DNA of 64,000 bases from Octopus vulgaris (Eukaryota). A model generated the notes under the pieces. It was not told where the DNA came from and did no database searches. It worked only from the letters and a program-made list of their open reading frames with translations. The stretch lies in assembly GCA_951406725.2 (NCBI GenBank), contig OX597821.1:14384001-14448000 (forward strand), given 5' to 3'. The translations under genes were made by a program, and so were the position numbers. Shown here piece by piece: positions 46,853 to 62,128 of the stretch (within the stretch, counting starts at the first letter, position 1; each line of letters starts with the position of its first letter).

Positions 46853-47396
46853 GTGATGCATATTTGCCATTTGAATATGGCTAATCCATAAGGGTGGATG
46901 CTACTGTAGTTTGTAGCCCCAGGAAGATATCTCCTCCAGCTGGCTATAGACACACTATCTGTGTCCTGTCAGTATTTGTGAAGGGGAGTCATCCTGCCCG
47001 TCTTCAACACATGATACACATGTACCCGAGTTTCAAGGTGTTTACCTTTCATCAGCATGTGACAATCATGGTTGTCGATGAGAAGTCAGATCCCTTCACA
47101 AATACATATACTTTTTCCAGTGTCGATTTGACACTGATATTGAAAAAGTGAAATCAAACAATGATAAATCTCAGAGTGAGTTATAAACAGTAGCGGTAAC
47201 ACATCGTGATGCATATTTGCCATTTGAATATGGCTAACCCATATTCTATAGTCTATAGCCAGCTGGAGGAGATATCTTCCTGGGGCTACAAACTACAGTA
47301 GCATCCACCCTTATAGGTTAGCCATATTCAAATGGCAAATATGCATCACGATGTGTTACCGCTACTGTTTATAACTCGCTCTGAGATTTATCATTG
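46853..47396. mobile_element. Third subfamily: ~1.1 units of a 353-bp monomer (-) plus a short tailed arm (+)
   Basis: GTGATGCATATTTGCC recurs at 46853 and 47206. Inverted arm at ~47250-47396 ends GAGATTTATCATTG. Inserted in (TA)n. Confidence 0.8.
47017..47061 (-). ncRNA. Canonical type I hammerhead ribozyme
   Basis: Minus strand reads CACATG-CTGATGA-AAGGT aaac ACCTT-GAAA-C TCGG G-TA^CATGTG, with all core nucleotides canonical. Confidence 0.88.
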
Positions 47397-47457
<61 letters not shown>

Positions 47458-47967
47458 CTCTTACAGACAAGTCTTTGCTCTGTTAAAAATTTTACAACAA
47501 TATGCAAAATGATGCTTGCAATGACTATCTCAATTCATGAACCAAATTATGAATAGATTTTGAATTAGAGAAGCTGAATTTATTAGCTAACGAAATCTAA
47601 ATATTAATTTTTGCATGGAACTTCCCAAAATGAGAACTATTGCATGCTTACCAATATTACTGGGTTTTAGGGATAGTATAACAAAAAAACCAATCATACT
47701 TTGTTTTTGCCTGAACCAGCTTAAAATTATTTGTATGAATTAAACAGCTTATGTCTAAAAAACTATCAATTAATCTATAAAATTAATGATAATAACTTAA
47801 TCAAATAGTTTGGTTTTGGTTCAGGTAAAGATGAAGTTAATTTAGTCTTTTCATAGATGTGTCTGTGAAACACTGAAATTCTGACTAATTTATAGATAAC
47901 AGCTGATAACTATTGGTTTACTGCATAATTTAAGGATTTATATATTTGTATGTTATATATATATATA

Positions 47968-48098
47968 CAGGGTGTCCCAAAAAAATGTATACACATAGTG
48001 GTTCGGCAAAAGAGAACGATAGAATAAGTACTAGGCTTACAAAGAATAACAAATTTACAATTATTTAAGGTGTGTATACATTTTTTTGGGACACCCTG
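47968..48098. mobile_element. Tc1/mariner-type MITE
   Basis: 27-bp perfect TIRs CAGGGTGTCCCAAAAAAATGTATACAC flanked by TA. Confidence 0.75.
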
Positions 48099-48374
48099 TA
48101 TATATACATATGAGGGATGTATGTAATATAATTTTTCTGGTTTTAAATTGATGTCTTACAAACATCTTGCACATGCAAGTGCTACCAGTCAAAAGCTCCG
48201 TGTACTGGAAACCAGCACGTGTATGGGGTCATCAGGATAGAATGCGCGCTGTTTCGGGGCCTACCTCTCAACGGCATCAATGCACACTGCCCGCCCCCTC
48301 ACTGATATGAGGCCCCGCTTGCTAGATCAGCTGGTTATTAAATTAATATTCAATTTTTCACTCTTATTATTTAA

Positions 48375-48442
<68 letters not shown>

Positions 48443-48603
48443 ATATATAAGTCATAATTGACAGATAAAATAGCATGATGAAATTTTATTTAACAATATG
48501 AAAATTCTAATAACATACCATATATTTTATATGTTTTGTGAAATGATATGTTAAGGGGATTTTTTTATGGGTACTACTGGGTTACTTGAATCCATATATT
48601 GTG

Positions 48604-48634
<31 letters not shown>

Positions 48635-49619
48635 GAGTCATAGAGAGATAGGTAGGTTAATATGATGTGGTAATGAAAATGAATACAAAGATTCTTCTAT
48701 TCATTATTTTATCTCTACCTTGATATTTGCTTATTAGCTAATGTACACACCTGAGACATTTAGAAGGTTAACACTGGAGAATGACAACTCAGATGCAATG
48801 AACTATGTTTGGATTCTTTCCCCTTTTTCTCTCCTTCTAAATACGAATTCTACCCATTCTAACTCTTGAAAAAGTCCAGAAAAGTACTTATTTGAACAGG
48901 CAATTTGAAGTAGTGTGACCTTTATTAATGAACATCTAGTACTCACTAACATCCTTGATATACTAAAAACCTAGGCCAGCAATTTTTTTTAAGGGGTGGG
49001 AAATTAGTCAATTACTTCGACCCCAGTACTCAGCTGGTACTTATATTATCAGCCTCAATTTTCTAAATCTAAATATTGACAACATATTTCATTCATCAAA
49101 TTTGTTCTGAATGTTCTAAACATAAAGAACAACTACTTTATTTTCTTTGGAACTTGGTAAATACAAGAAGGACATTGATGCCTTATCTGAAACTGATTTT
49201 GCTGGGGATGGTCATTATATAGAAATAAATGCTGGTTACACTATTTTTCTCTTTTTGGTGGGGGATGAGATTGTAGTCTGAGAAGGGGGTTTGCACAAGA
49301 TTTTGCAGTTACTTTTTTTAATCTTGTTTCAGTCATTAGACTGCAGCCATGCTGAGGTACTGCCTTGAAGGATTTTAGCTGAACAACTTGACCCTGGTAC
49401 TTATGTTTCTTTGTTAAGCCTGGTACTTAAACAAACACCAGTCATCAGGCAGTGGGCTCTGTGTAACAAATACAGACACAAAGGCTCACACACACACACA
49501 CACACACACACAGGTATAATATGCACATGATGGGCTTCCACAGAGTTTCCATCACAGGGCATTTGTTGGTCTATGACTACAGTGGAGGACACTTGCCCAA
49601 AATGCGCTGCACCAGAAAC

Positions 49620-49935
49620 CCCGTTGCAAAGCAATCTTCTTATGCAAACTGCCAGACCACAACATTAGCCTCATATATTACTGAACTACCATCTGGTTTA
49701 AATGATAGACTTACGTCCATGTCTATGTCACTAAGCTATGGTCATTTAGTGATTTTTATCAATTCTTATGCACCAACAATGAATAACTCTAATGAAAACA
49801 AAAATCTATTTTATGAGCAACTAAAAGACATTTAGAAAGTTTCAGTCGGAAACATAGTAGCAATTCTTGGAGTTGTAAGCACGAGTTGGGGAAAATTTTG
49901 AAATATGGAACGACTTAGAATATTATGGGATGAAA
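49620..49935 (+). mobile_element. RTE-type AP endonuclease fragment
   Basis: Translation LPSGLNDRLTSM...INSYAPTM...KNLFYEQL. Confidence 0.65.
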
Positions 49936-50029
49936 CTGTTTCTTTTTGCAACACTAGTGCACAGAAATCAATTCCTCAGCTTGTAACACATTCTTTAAAT
50001 ATATAAAAAAAAAGAGAAAGATTAATAAA

Positions 50030-50440
50030 GGAAGTGGCTGTGTGGTAAGTAGCTTGCTAACCAACCACATGGTTCCGGGTTCAGTCCCACTGCATGGCAT
50101 CTTGGGCAAGTGTCTTCTACTATAGCCCCAGGCCGACCAATGCCTTGTGAGTGGATTTGGTAGACGGAAACTGAAAGAAGCCTGTCGTATATATGTATAT
50201 ATATATATGTATGTGTGTGTATATGTTTGTGTGTCTGTGTTTGTTCCCCTAGCATTGCTTGACAACCGATGCTGGTGTGTTTACGTCCCCGTAACTTAGC
50301 GGTTCGGCAAAAGAGACCGATAGAATAAGTACTGGGCTTACAAAGAATAAGTCCCGGGGTCAATTTGTTCGACTAAAGGCAGTGCTCCAGCATGGCCGCA
50401 GTCAAATGACTGAAACAAGTAAAAGAGTAAAGAGTAAAGA
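50030..50440 (+). mobile_element. SINE family A
   Basis: Full family consensus. Confidence 0.9.
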
Positions 50441-50823
50441 GAGAACTTGGATGCAGCAGTATACCAAGAATTGGTACATAATTGATTAAAAGCAGAAGAA
50501 AATATCTGAATGATGAGAGAGAGGTCCATGTTTTAAAACACACGGTATTTGACAATGAGTATAATCTTGTATGAACTAAAGTTTGAAATAAAACCGAAAT
50601 TAGCTTCATGGGGCAAAGTTAAAGGGAAGCTCTGCCAGGCAGGAGTTACAATAAGGCTTTAATTCTTTGGAGGATACAATTAAAATATGATGAATGCAAA
50701 ATCAAGGTTTACCAAATTTCAAAAATTTTAATGGGAGCTTTCAAAGCCCAAAATCAAGAATGGCTTCACAATAGTTAGGGGACATACAAAGCTTATTCCA
50801 CTTGCAAAGTAATTTATATAAAC

Positions 50824-51209
50824 TTGGACGCACTCCGTCGGTTACGACGACGAGGGTTCTGGTTGATTCGAATCAATGGAACAGCCTGCTCGTGAAATTA
50901 ACGTGTAAGTGGCTGAGCACTCCACAGACACGTGTACCCTTAACGTAGTTCTCGGGGATATTCAGCATGACACAGCGAGTGACAAGGCCGGCCCTTTGAA
51001 ATACAGGTACAACAGAATCAGGAAGTAAGAGTGAGAGAAAGTTGTGGTGAAAGAGTACAGCAGGGATCACCACCATCCCCTGCTGGAGCCTCGTGGAGCT
51101 TTAGGTGTTTTCGCTCAATAAACACTCACAACGCCCGGTCTGGGAATCAAAACCGCGATCCTACGACCGCGAGTCTGCTGCCCTAACCACTGGGCCATTG
51201 CGCCTCCAC
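50824..51209 (-). mobile_element. SINE family C with a 10-bp TSD
   Basis: Highly similar to 16746-17130; TSD TTATATAAAC. Confidence 0.9.
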
Positions 51210-51701
51210 TTATATAAACAATTCTGTCAAAACAAGAACTGTCTGCCCCAGTTTCAAACTGACAACTCAGAGATTCAGAAAAAACAAAACAAAAAACGTA
51301 TGAAAAGTAAGTGATGGAGTGAATGAGCCTAAGATCTCCAGAAGGTATACAACAAAAATGATACTAAGGAGCTTTACTTTGTTTTAAATCAGGCTTATTG
51401 TTCTCATGCAATTTCTTTTCTTCCCATTAGGACTAAGGATAGCAAAACATTTATTACAAGTTTGAGGAATATCCTTGAACAGCTGTAAAAATATTTTAGG
51501 GATATGCTAAATAGCTTATCAAGCATTCATTGGTCCTATATATGTCTGTGTGTAAGTGAGAGTGTGAGTGTAAGTTGTGTGTGCTTGTATTTGAGCATCG
51601 AGTATATATATATATATATATATATAACCATTCCCATATATAATATATATATATATATATATACAACCATTCCCATATATAATATATGTATATATATATA
51701 T

Positions 51702-51902
51702 ACTTTATTTAAAGCAGCAGAAAATTCAACAAAACCTGTTACTCTGAGTTTCACGTAGCAAAAATTGCCCGATGAACGGCAACGTGAAACTCAGAGTAAC
51801 AGGTTTTGTCGAATTTTCTGCTGCTTTAAATAAAGCATATTACTCTACCACTGGTATTTGAGTACTCTTTTTTCCACCTTGTTTCACATTTATGTGTTTA
51901 CT

Positions 51903-51904
<2 letters not shown>
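51702..51904. mobile_element. Short Penelope-type 3' end with an inverted arm and a truncated HHR
   Basis: 51702-51757 is the inverse of ~51782-51838. CCGATGA-ACG gcaa CGT-GAAA-CTCAGAG-TA-ACAGG lacks the 5' strand of stem I. Confidence 0.65.
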
Positions 51905-51950
<46 letters not shown>

Positions 51951-51956
51951 CCATTC

Positions 51957-51998
<42 letters not shown>

Positions 51999-53070
51999 TA
52001 TATTCACCTATCCACATCAAAATATCCAGATATTTTTATGTCTTCAGTATCATATGTGTAAAACACCCTCAAGAGAAGGAAAATGACTAATACAAATGAT
52101 GCTTTAGTATTAATAAATGGGTATGTTGAGTCCATTAAGTAGAGAATGAAATATTTTAACCAATCATTAGTTTGAAATTCTTCAAAAAATGTCCACAAAT
52201 ATTCACCAGTACATATATTTCACATGTTTTCCCATATACTCATACCTACTTACATACATACATTCACAGACCCATGTGTGTGTGTGTATATAAATATATA
52301 TACATATCGATACACACACACACATCTATATATATCCATATTCATATATATGCATACATAAAGATATATATATTTATATATATATATACGTTTGTATGTA
52401 TATATATATATTCATATACATGCATATGCATATACTCATACACGCATATATAAAACTACACACTCATACACATACACAGATGCATATGTGTATATTTTAT
52501 ATTATATAATATGAAGTGTACATATCTTTATTGGTGCATAAAAAAACAGTACTCAACAAAAGAAGTTACGACATAAATGGGATTCCAATACAAAGTAATT
52601 TACACAACATAGTATTTGAGTACGGGAAATGTAAACTAAGCGTTGGTAGTCCAGGAAAGATGTGAAGGCAACGTTTATTTACGTACCAATCCCATGTTCA
52701 CTAACGATAATCCGGTATTAAAGTTTTGAAATCCTTGTTGTCCCCTTTCATGTTTCTGTCTATATTATGTATAAATCGTCACACACACACACACACACAC
52801 ACACGCACGCACACACGCACGCACACACACACACACCGTTTTTTAGAAAAACATAAATTCGGAGAAGAAGCATACTCTAAGAAGTAGAGCAGTCTGTCAC
52901 TCTCTCTCTCTCTCTCTATCTATATATATATATATAGATATAAATATATATATATACATTGTGTGTGTGTGTATATATATATACATGTGTGTGTGTATAT
53001 ATATATACATATGGGTGTGTATATATATATATATACACACATTGTGTGTGTGTGTATATATATACATATA

Positions 53071-53108
<38 letters not shown>

Positions 53109-53133
53109 CATATATAGATATCATGGAGCAGTA

Positions 53134-53193
<60 letters not shown>

Positions 53194-53670
53194 CTACACA
53201 CATACACACTTACACACACAGATATATGTGGAAGTGTTGACAAAAGTAATATTGATATATTGAATACCTGAATGATTATACACGTGATTTACTTGCCAAT
53301 AATAATCCCATTAGTGGATGTTTGTGTTAATTGCTTCTCTAGGAAAATAGAATATACACAATACATTTTTGTTTCTTTTGTCTACACACATACCTCTGTG
53401 GGCATATGTGTGTATGTGTGTGTGTAGGCACAAACATGGCTGTATGGTTAAGAAGCTCGCTTCTCAGTCTTGTGGTTAGGGTTTCTGTCTTAATGGGTAG
53501 CACCTTTAGCAAGTGTACTGGACTACAGCAATGGGCCAAAAAGCCTTATAAGTGCAAAGGACTACACCAAGCTTGGAGCAGTGCACTGACTTGCCAACTC
53601 CATTTGAACTGCCCGACCAATCTCAATATATGCTTACACAAATCTCTCTCTCTCTCTCTCAGACACAGAT

Positions 53671-54060
53671 GGATGGAAGCACTCCATCGGTTACGACGAT
53701 GAGGGTTCCGGTTGATCCGAATCAACGGAACAGCCTGCTCGTGAAATTAACGTGTAAGTAGCTGAGCACTCCACAGACACATGCACCCTTAACGTAGTTC
53801 TCGGGGATATTCAGCATGACACAGAGAGTGACAAGGCCAGCCCCTTGAAATACAGGTACAACAGAAACAGGAAGTAAGAGTGAGAGAAAGCTGTGGTGAA
53901 AGAGTACAGCAGGGATCACCACCATCCCCTGCCGGAGCCTCGTGGAGCTTTTTAGGTTTTTTCGCTCAATAAACACTCACAACGCCCGGTCTGGGAATCG
54001 AAACCGCGATCCTATGACCGCGATTCCGCTGCTCTAACCACTGGGCCATTGCACCTCCAC
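53671..54060 (-). mobile_element. SINE family C
   Basis: Same family; TSD TCAGACACAGAT. An older relative lies at ~30460-30773. Confidence 0.88.
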
Positions 54061-54519
54061 TTCAGACACAGATATGATTGTAGTCTGTCATAGTCTGAGA
54101 AAGATGGTTCTGCAATTTCTTGTTGAACTACCACACAGATTATTCGTTTATAGTCATCAATTGTAATGTGCTGTACATTAGCTTAATCTCTCCATCAAAT
54201 CGACTCTGATTGATCAGGCACATGGTGTACCACATATCAGGTGTCAAAGTAATCATAGAATAACATGAGATGAAGCGTTTTGCACAAGAACACAGCACAT
54301 CACCTGGTGCAGGCATTGAAACCACGACCTTGTAATCATGGGTTAACATTCTAATCACTAAGCCATGTGCCCTTGACACGCACACATACACACACATGCA
54401 AACACACACAAACACGCACACACACATATGTACATGCATTATATATATGTGTGTGTGCGTATGCATACACATATATTTACATACATAATATAGATATATA
54501 TATGCATATGCAAACATGT

Positions 54520-54556
<37 letters not shown>

Positions 54557-55103
54557 ATATATATGTTTATCAATTTGAGCTGCAAGATCCCTGATTTAAA
54601 ATGGTATGTTGAAACAGATATTGTTGTATTTTGGGATGTTTTTTTTTTGTTTTTGCCAAATAAACACATGAACTCTAAGAAGAACAGAATAGAATAAGTG
54701 GAACAAGAGCACACACAAGAACGAAACGTGTTGCTGAAGAGGTCACAGATGAGTGACGAAAGATTTCCAGACAATGGACATGAGTTAAAAAGAAAAAAAA
54801 AAAGAACAGTAATAAATGAGTGAAGAACAAATATATGGATATATAGTGTGTGTGTTTATTTGGCAAAAAAAAAACAAAAAAACAAGACTGTCTTGAAATA
54901 CAATAATATGTATACATACATATTTAATTAATAAGAGAGATAGAAGATGGAAGATACGAGGAGAATGTTCATTGATCACTACAATTGTTTCAACCCATCT
55001 AACATCAGTCCCTCATGGATGAGATACTGAACATCTGGTTTAGGAGTATCCATTGGTGTAAATATATATATATATATAAATACACATACATATATATATT
55101 ACA

Positions 55104-55150
<47 letters not shown>

Positions 55151-55153
<3 letters not shown>

Positions 55154-55663
55154 TAGTTGAATGAATTATCTTGTTATGGATTAATTTTTTTTTTTTTTTT
55201 TTTCACTATGGGCTCCGTGTGGGCAGTCATCTAAAAGTTTTTTGTGCATCTTGATGTTGACATAAGTTCCTTGCTTTTCCTGATGAGAAAGTGGCATAAT
55301 GCACCCCTTATTCCTTCGCAATTAGGAATATGCAGCCTTCGAAACATATGTCGAAAATAAAGGAATTTTGTTAATTCGTCGTTCAACTCCATTCTTTCAT
55401 ATATTTATATATATATATATATATATGAATAAATGAAAGAATGGAGTTGAACGATGATTTAACAAAATTCCTTTATTTTCGACATATGTTTCGAAGGCTG
55501 CATATTTCTAATTTCGAAGGAATAAGGGGTGCATTATGCCGCTTTCTTATCAGGAAAAACAAGGAATTTATGTCAGCATCAACATGAACAAAAGCTCTTA
55601 GATGACTGCCCACACGGAGCCCATAGCGAATTATCCATACTAAGATAATTCATTCAACTACTT
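55151..55663. mobile_element. Inverted pair of compact HHR elements around a (TA)n spacer, related to 11991-12812
   Basis: Arms ~55151-55400 and ~55432-55663. HHR at 55275-55357: TTTTC-CTGATGA-...-GAAA-CATATG-TC^GAAAA. The mirror copy has CTGATAA. Confidence 0.75.
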
Positions 55664-55680
55664 AAATATATATATATATG

Positions 55681-55724
<44 letters not shown>

Positions 55725-55748
55725 TACATACATACATATATACATACA

Positions 55749-55784
<36 letters not shown>

Positions 55785-58577
55785 CATGCATACACACACA
55801 CACATAAATATTTATGTATATCTTTCTGAGTGTGCATATGCTTTTATTGATATGGACATGATGTGGTTGAATGGTTATAAAGCTCAATTCACAGTCATGT
55901 AGTAGCTTGTTGGGTGATTGTATCTCTATTCAAAAGTATACCCTTATCACACAGTATATCATGCTGATTCTACCTGAGAACTATGTCCAGGGTATACATG
56001 TCTGTGTTATACTCAGCTACTAACATGCATTCTATGCTACAATGAAACATATTAAGACACGTTTGTTGTACATATATTCTATAATAGTATATATGTTATA
56101 TGATATATCACTATATCATATGATATTTTCCTATTACATTATATTATATTTTACATCTTATACTGGAGTTTAAGTCCCTGACATAAATACAATTTCCTGT
56201 GAATGCATAAACAAAAGTCTTACCTATATCTACAACTAATACTTGAAACAATTAACTTAAATATATTGTGAATAAATAACTTTCCAAAGTTAACTTTACA
56301 TTCAAAATCCATTTGTCTATGCATCTTCTAATGTAAACCAACTTAACCATATATAATTTAAACTTAAATTCGATGCCAAAAACCAAGTGTAATTCATGAC
56401 ATCACCTAAAATCCAGTTTGAAGAATGAGAAAATAGCTTAATGTATCAAGTATCAATTGAATTAGATGACTATAAAATTTGCGAGTCTAAAAATTCAAAT
56501 GTTCATAGCATCAACTTAAAATTCATAAAATTCTTTATGATTTATTTTGTAGGTTCTGTTAAATCCTTTTCAGCTACAATACTAATAAAAAGACCTAACA
56601 TTATTCCATTACATTTAAAACTAAAATTAAAAATCTAACCTTAGAAAGCAAAATAAATACATATTAATCTTTACAGAGAAGAAAGTAGATTTCCAACATG
56701 TATAGCCATGTAGACAACAGAAAGATTGGGTGTTTTACCCTTAAAAAACAGGAAAAAGTTGCCAGTGAATGGCTGCAGGACTTGAACCCATACCCCTCAG
56801 ATACTGGCTGAGGGCTCTTATCACACATATTAATCTATTACACCTATTCATTCACATCAAGAATTTACCAGTCAATCGATATAATACCTTTTTCTTCCTT
56901 CTATTTAACACTCATACTTAGATTTCTCTAATTATTTACCTCTTAACACTTCTATTCTAAAAGTTCACTATTTTTTATTTTCTTACTTTTCTATTTTTAA
57001 CCTTCATGTTTTCTTTCTGCTATCCCCAGATGTTTCCATCAATTACCCTCATTGACATATCCTAATTTCATTTTAGGTTATTCTACCTGACTTTATTCTT
57101 TTCCTACTTATTCTTATGCTACTACTGCCCAAGGCCTTACAACCCTCTTGGAGTCAATATTCTGTCCAGCAGACCAAAAAAAATTCTTTTTTTCTTCTTC
57201 TTCCCTCTCCCTTCCCCTCTTTTTCTTTAGCACTCATCCCAGATACAAAAACACACACACACACGCACACACACATACACACGTTCTCTCTCTCACTTTC
57301 TCCTCATCCATCACCCTCTAGTACTGTCTTATATTCCACCCCACCACTACAAACTCTATAAAATGGTCAAAACTCCTGACACAGGAACTTAGTTTGATTT
57401 GAAAACCCCACTAAAATGGGAGAAAGCGCTAATGATCAAAGTGATATGATATATATATAAAAAATGTAATATACAAATAAATATCTGTAAGTATAAACCA
57501 TCCGATTCTCTGAGTACATCATTTCTTCTAATATATATATATATGCATACAAATATGTGTATGCATATGTATATATATCATTCTTGATAAATAATATGAA
57601 AATGTAAAAAATATATATAGCCTCAGAACAAAGATGTAGAGTAGTATACTTATATTTATAAAGTAATACAGGTTAACTCATTGTATAGGCTACCATTAGT
57701 TTCATGCTTTCAATTTTCAGGTTTTGTTTACCTCTACCAAAAAATATCTAAGTATTTAAATCATTTTTTGTTCATATTTATGCTTTCATCAAGGTGAATA
57801 ACTCACCCAAAGGAAATGTTAAGTTATTCTTTCTTATTTGTGGTATTGAAGCCTTTGGAGAGAAAAAGCGTTGAAGGTGAAAAGTAATTGAATGTAATTA
57901 AGAGAAGTTGACACCCATCATAAGTTATGGGATTTAATAGGAATGTGAAAAAGGGGGAAATAGATGCATGAAGGAATAATAATAATGATATGGCAAAGGA
58001 TAAAAGGAGAAATGCTGGAAGAGTAAAGAGCAAAGAAAGTTTCAGATAAAGCATTATCAGTTATCCATGAATATGTGTGGGTTTTTCAGATAAAAGTGAT
58101 TCTTTACAGTTGCACAATAGATACTTTTCAAAGTATCTGTATATCCCCAAGTCCACTAACACTTTCACAGTCTGACACATCTGGTAAAATGCAACCTTCA
58201 TCTGAGAGGTGGTTATTATTTTAAGGATTTTGAGGACCAGACACTTTCACAGTACCTATTACACATCTGGAAAATGCTACCTTCATCTGACAAGAACCCC
58301 ATAAAATGCATAGATGCAAGAAATTGCTATTCAGTCTTTCTTTACTCTTTCCTTTCCTAACTTCCCCTGTTTTCATTTATCAACATGGTTTTTCTTTCAT
58401 ACACCAATTTTCTTCTTTTCCATCCTTGTTATATTTCTCTCCTTGAAGAAAGATAACCACCATTTATCAAAGCTAACTATTTTGTTTCCCCTTTAAATTA
58501 AAAATTTATACAGAATTGTTTTGGTTTTTCAGCATTAATACTATAATTAATATGAAATAACCTAAGATGACTTATAT

Positions 58578-58855
58578 ATTGAAGACTGTAGATGTGTAAA
58601 GCCAGAACAATGTGAGAAGGTACAAAGAAAACTACAAAATGAAAAGTAAACAGAACTAAGTTGCAGTTTTATCTTGAATTTCTTCCTGAAGAAGGGCTTT
58701 TCACCTCGAAATATAGAAATTCAAGGTAAAACTGCAACTTTGTTCTGTTTTCTTTTCATTTTGTAGTTTATTTTGTACTTTCTTGCATTGTTCCAGCCTT
58801 ACATATCTACATTCTTTAAAGTTATACCACACAACGCTTCACCAAAACTACCTCA
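58578..58855. mobile_element. Fold-back element with a minimal HHR core at the hairpin tip
   Basis: Imperfect ~105-bp inverted arms flank TTC-CTGAAGA-AGGGcttttcaCCTC-GAAA-TA-TA^GAA (58683-58718). Confidence 0.6.
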
Positions 58856-58984
58856 TATAATATACACACACACAAGTACATATGTATATATATTTATCTA
58901 AATATACATATATATACATATATATATATATACATATATATACATCATCGTTTAGCGTCCGTTTTCCATGCTAGCATGGGTTGT

Positions 58985-61185
<2,201 letters not shown>

Positions 61186-61842
61186 CAACAAGTGTCTGTC
61201 TACGAGGGTGTCTGTGTGTTTTTGTGGTTTATGTAGTTAGGTGATTGGTCTATTTTTAGGTTAGTTGATTGGTGTATATCAGGATAGGTAGGCAGATAAA
61301 TAGAAAGATAAATAGGCAAAAAAAAAAAACAAGAACTGATACATAGAGAGAATAGAGAGAGAAACAGATAGTTTGCTAGACAGGCAGATCTACTGATTAG
61401 GCAGAGATAAACAGTTAGCTTCATATTTGGTATAGATAGAGAAAGAGGAAAGAAGGAGAAAGAAGTATATGCATGCATCATTGGTTTAGAAAAAATTGGA
61501 ATGTACTCAATCATTGTTGACAAAACTATATATGTAAGTATATTTAAATCAATTTTTAAAATAAATTAGTGTTAGTATATACATATTGAATTATCCTGAA
61601 AGCAATGCAAGTAATTTTTATGGAAAAGTTAAATAAGAAATGTTAATAAATCATTTTGCAAATTTGATCCATTTTTCAGTTTTCACAAATGCAGATATAA
61701 AGCATTATGAATTAGAAGAAATATTTTTAATTAGTTGATGGTGAATGAAAAACTGAAATGCTGAGAATGTAAGGAAGTGGAGGAAAATATTGTGAAAGGG
61801 AGCAAAAGATTGAAAAATTTTGAGTAAAAGAAGCAGAAGCAT

Positions 61843-61909
<67 letters not shown>

Positions 61910-62128
61910 TAGAATGAAAGATAGAGGGTAGAAGAGAAAGCTTGAAAGCAAAAGCAAATATAAAGATAAAAAGGAAATTAAAGAAAGAAATCCCAGTTTA
62001 AGTAACATAGAAAACATTTTATAACAATTTCTATAAATATATTTAGGTAAAAGTTTAAAGATTTTACATATTATACTGATTCTGTTAATTAAATGTCAAA
62101 TAAAATGAAACAGTTTGAAAGCACTCAC

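Noticed and set aside
62096-62128. ORF-track C-terminus [10 protein letters not shown] as the main Kv2 end
   Set aside because: A consensus CAG/GTGAGT donor precedes it, and Kv2 proteins normally have a longer C-terminus. Treated as intron.
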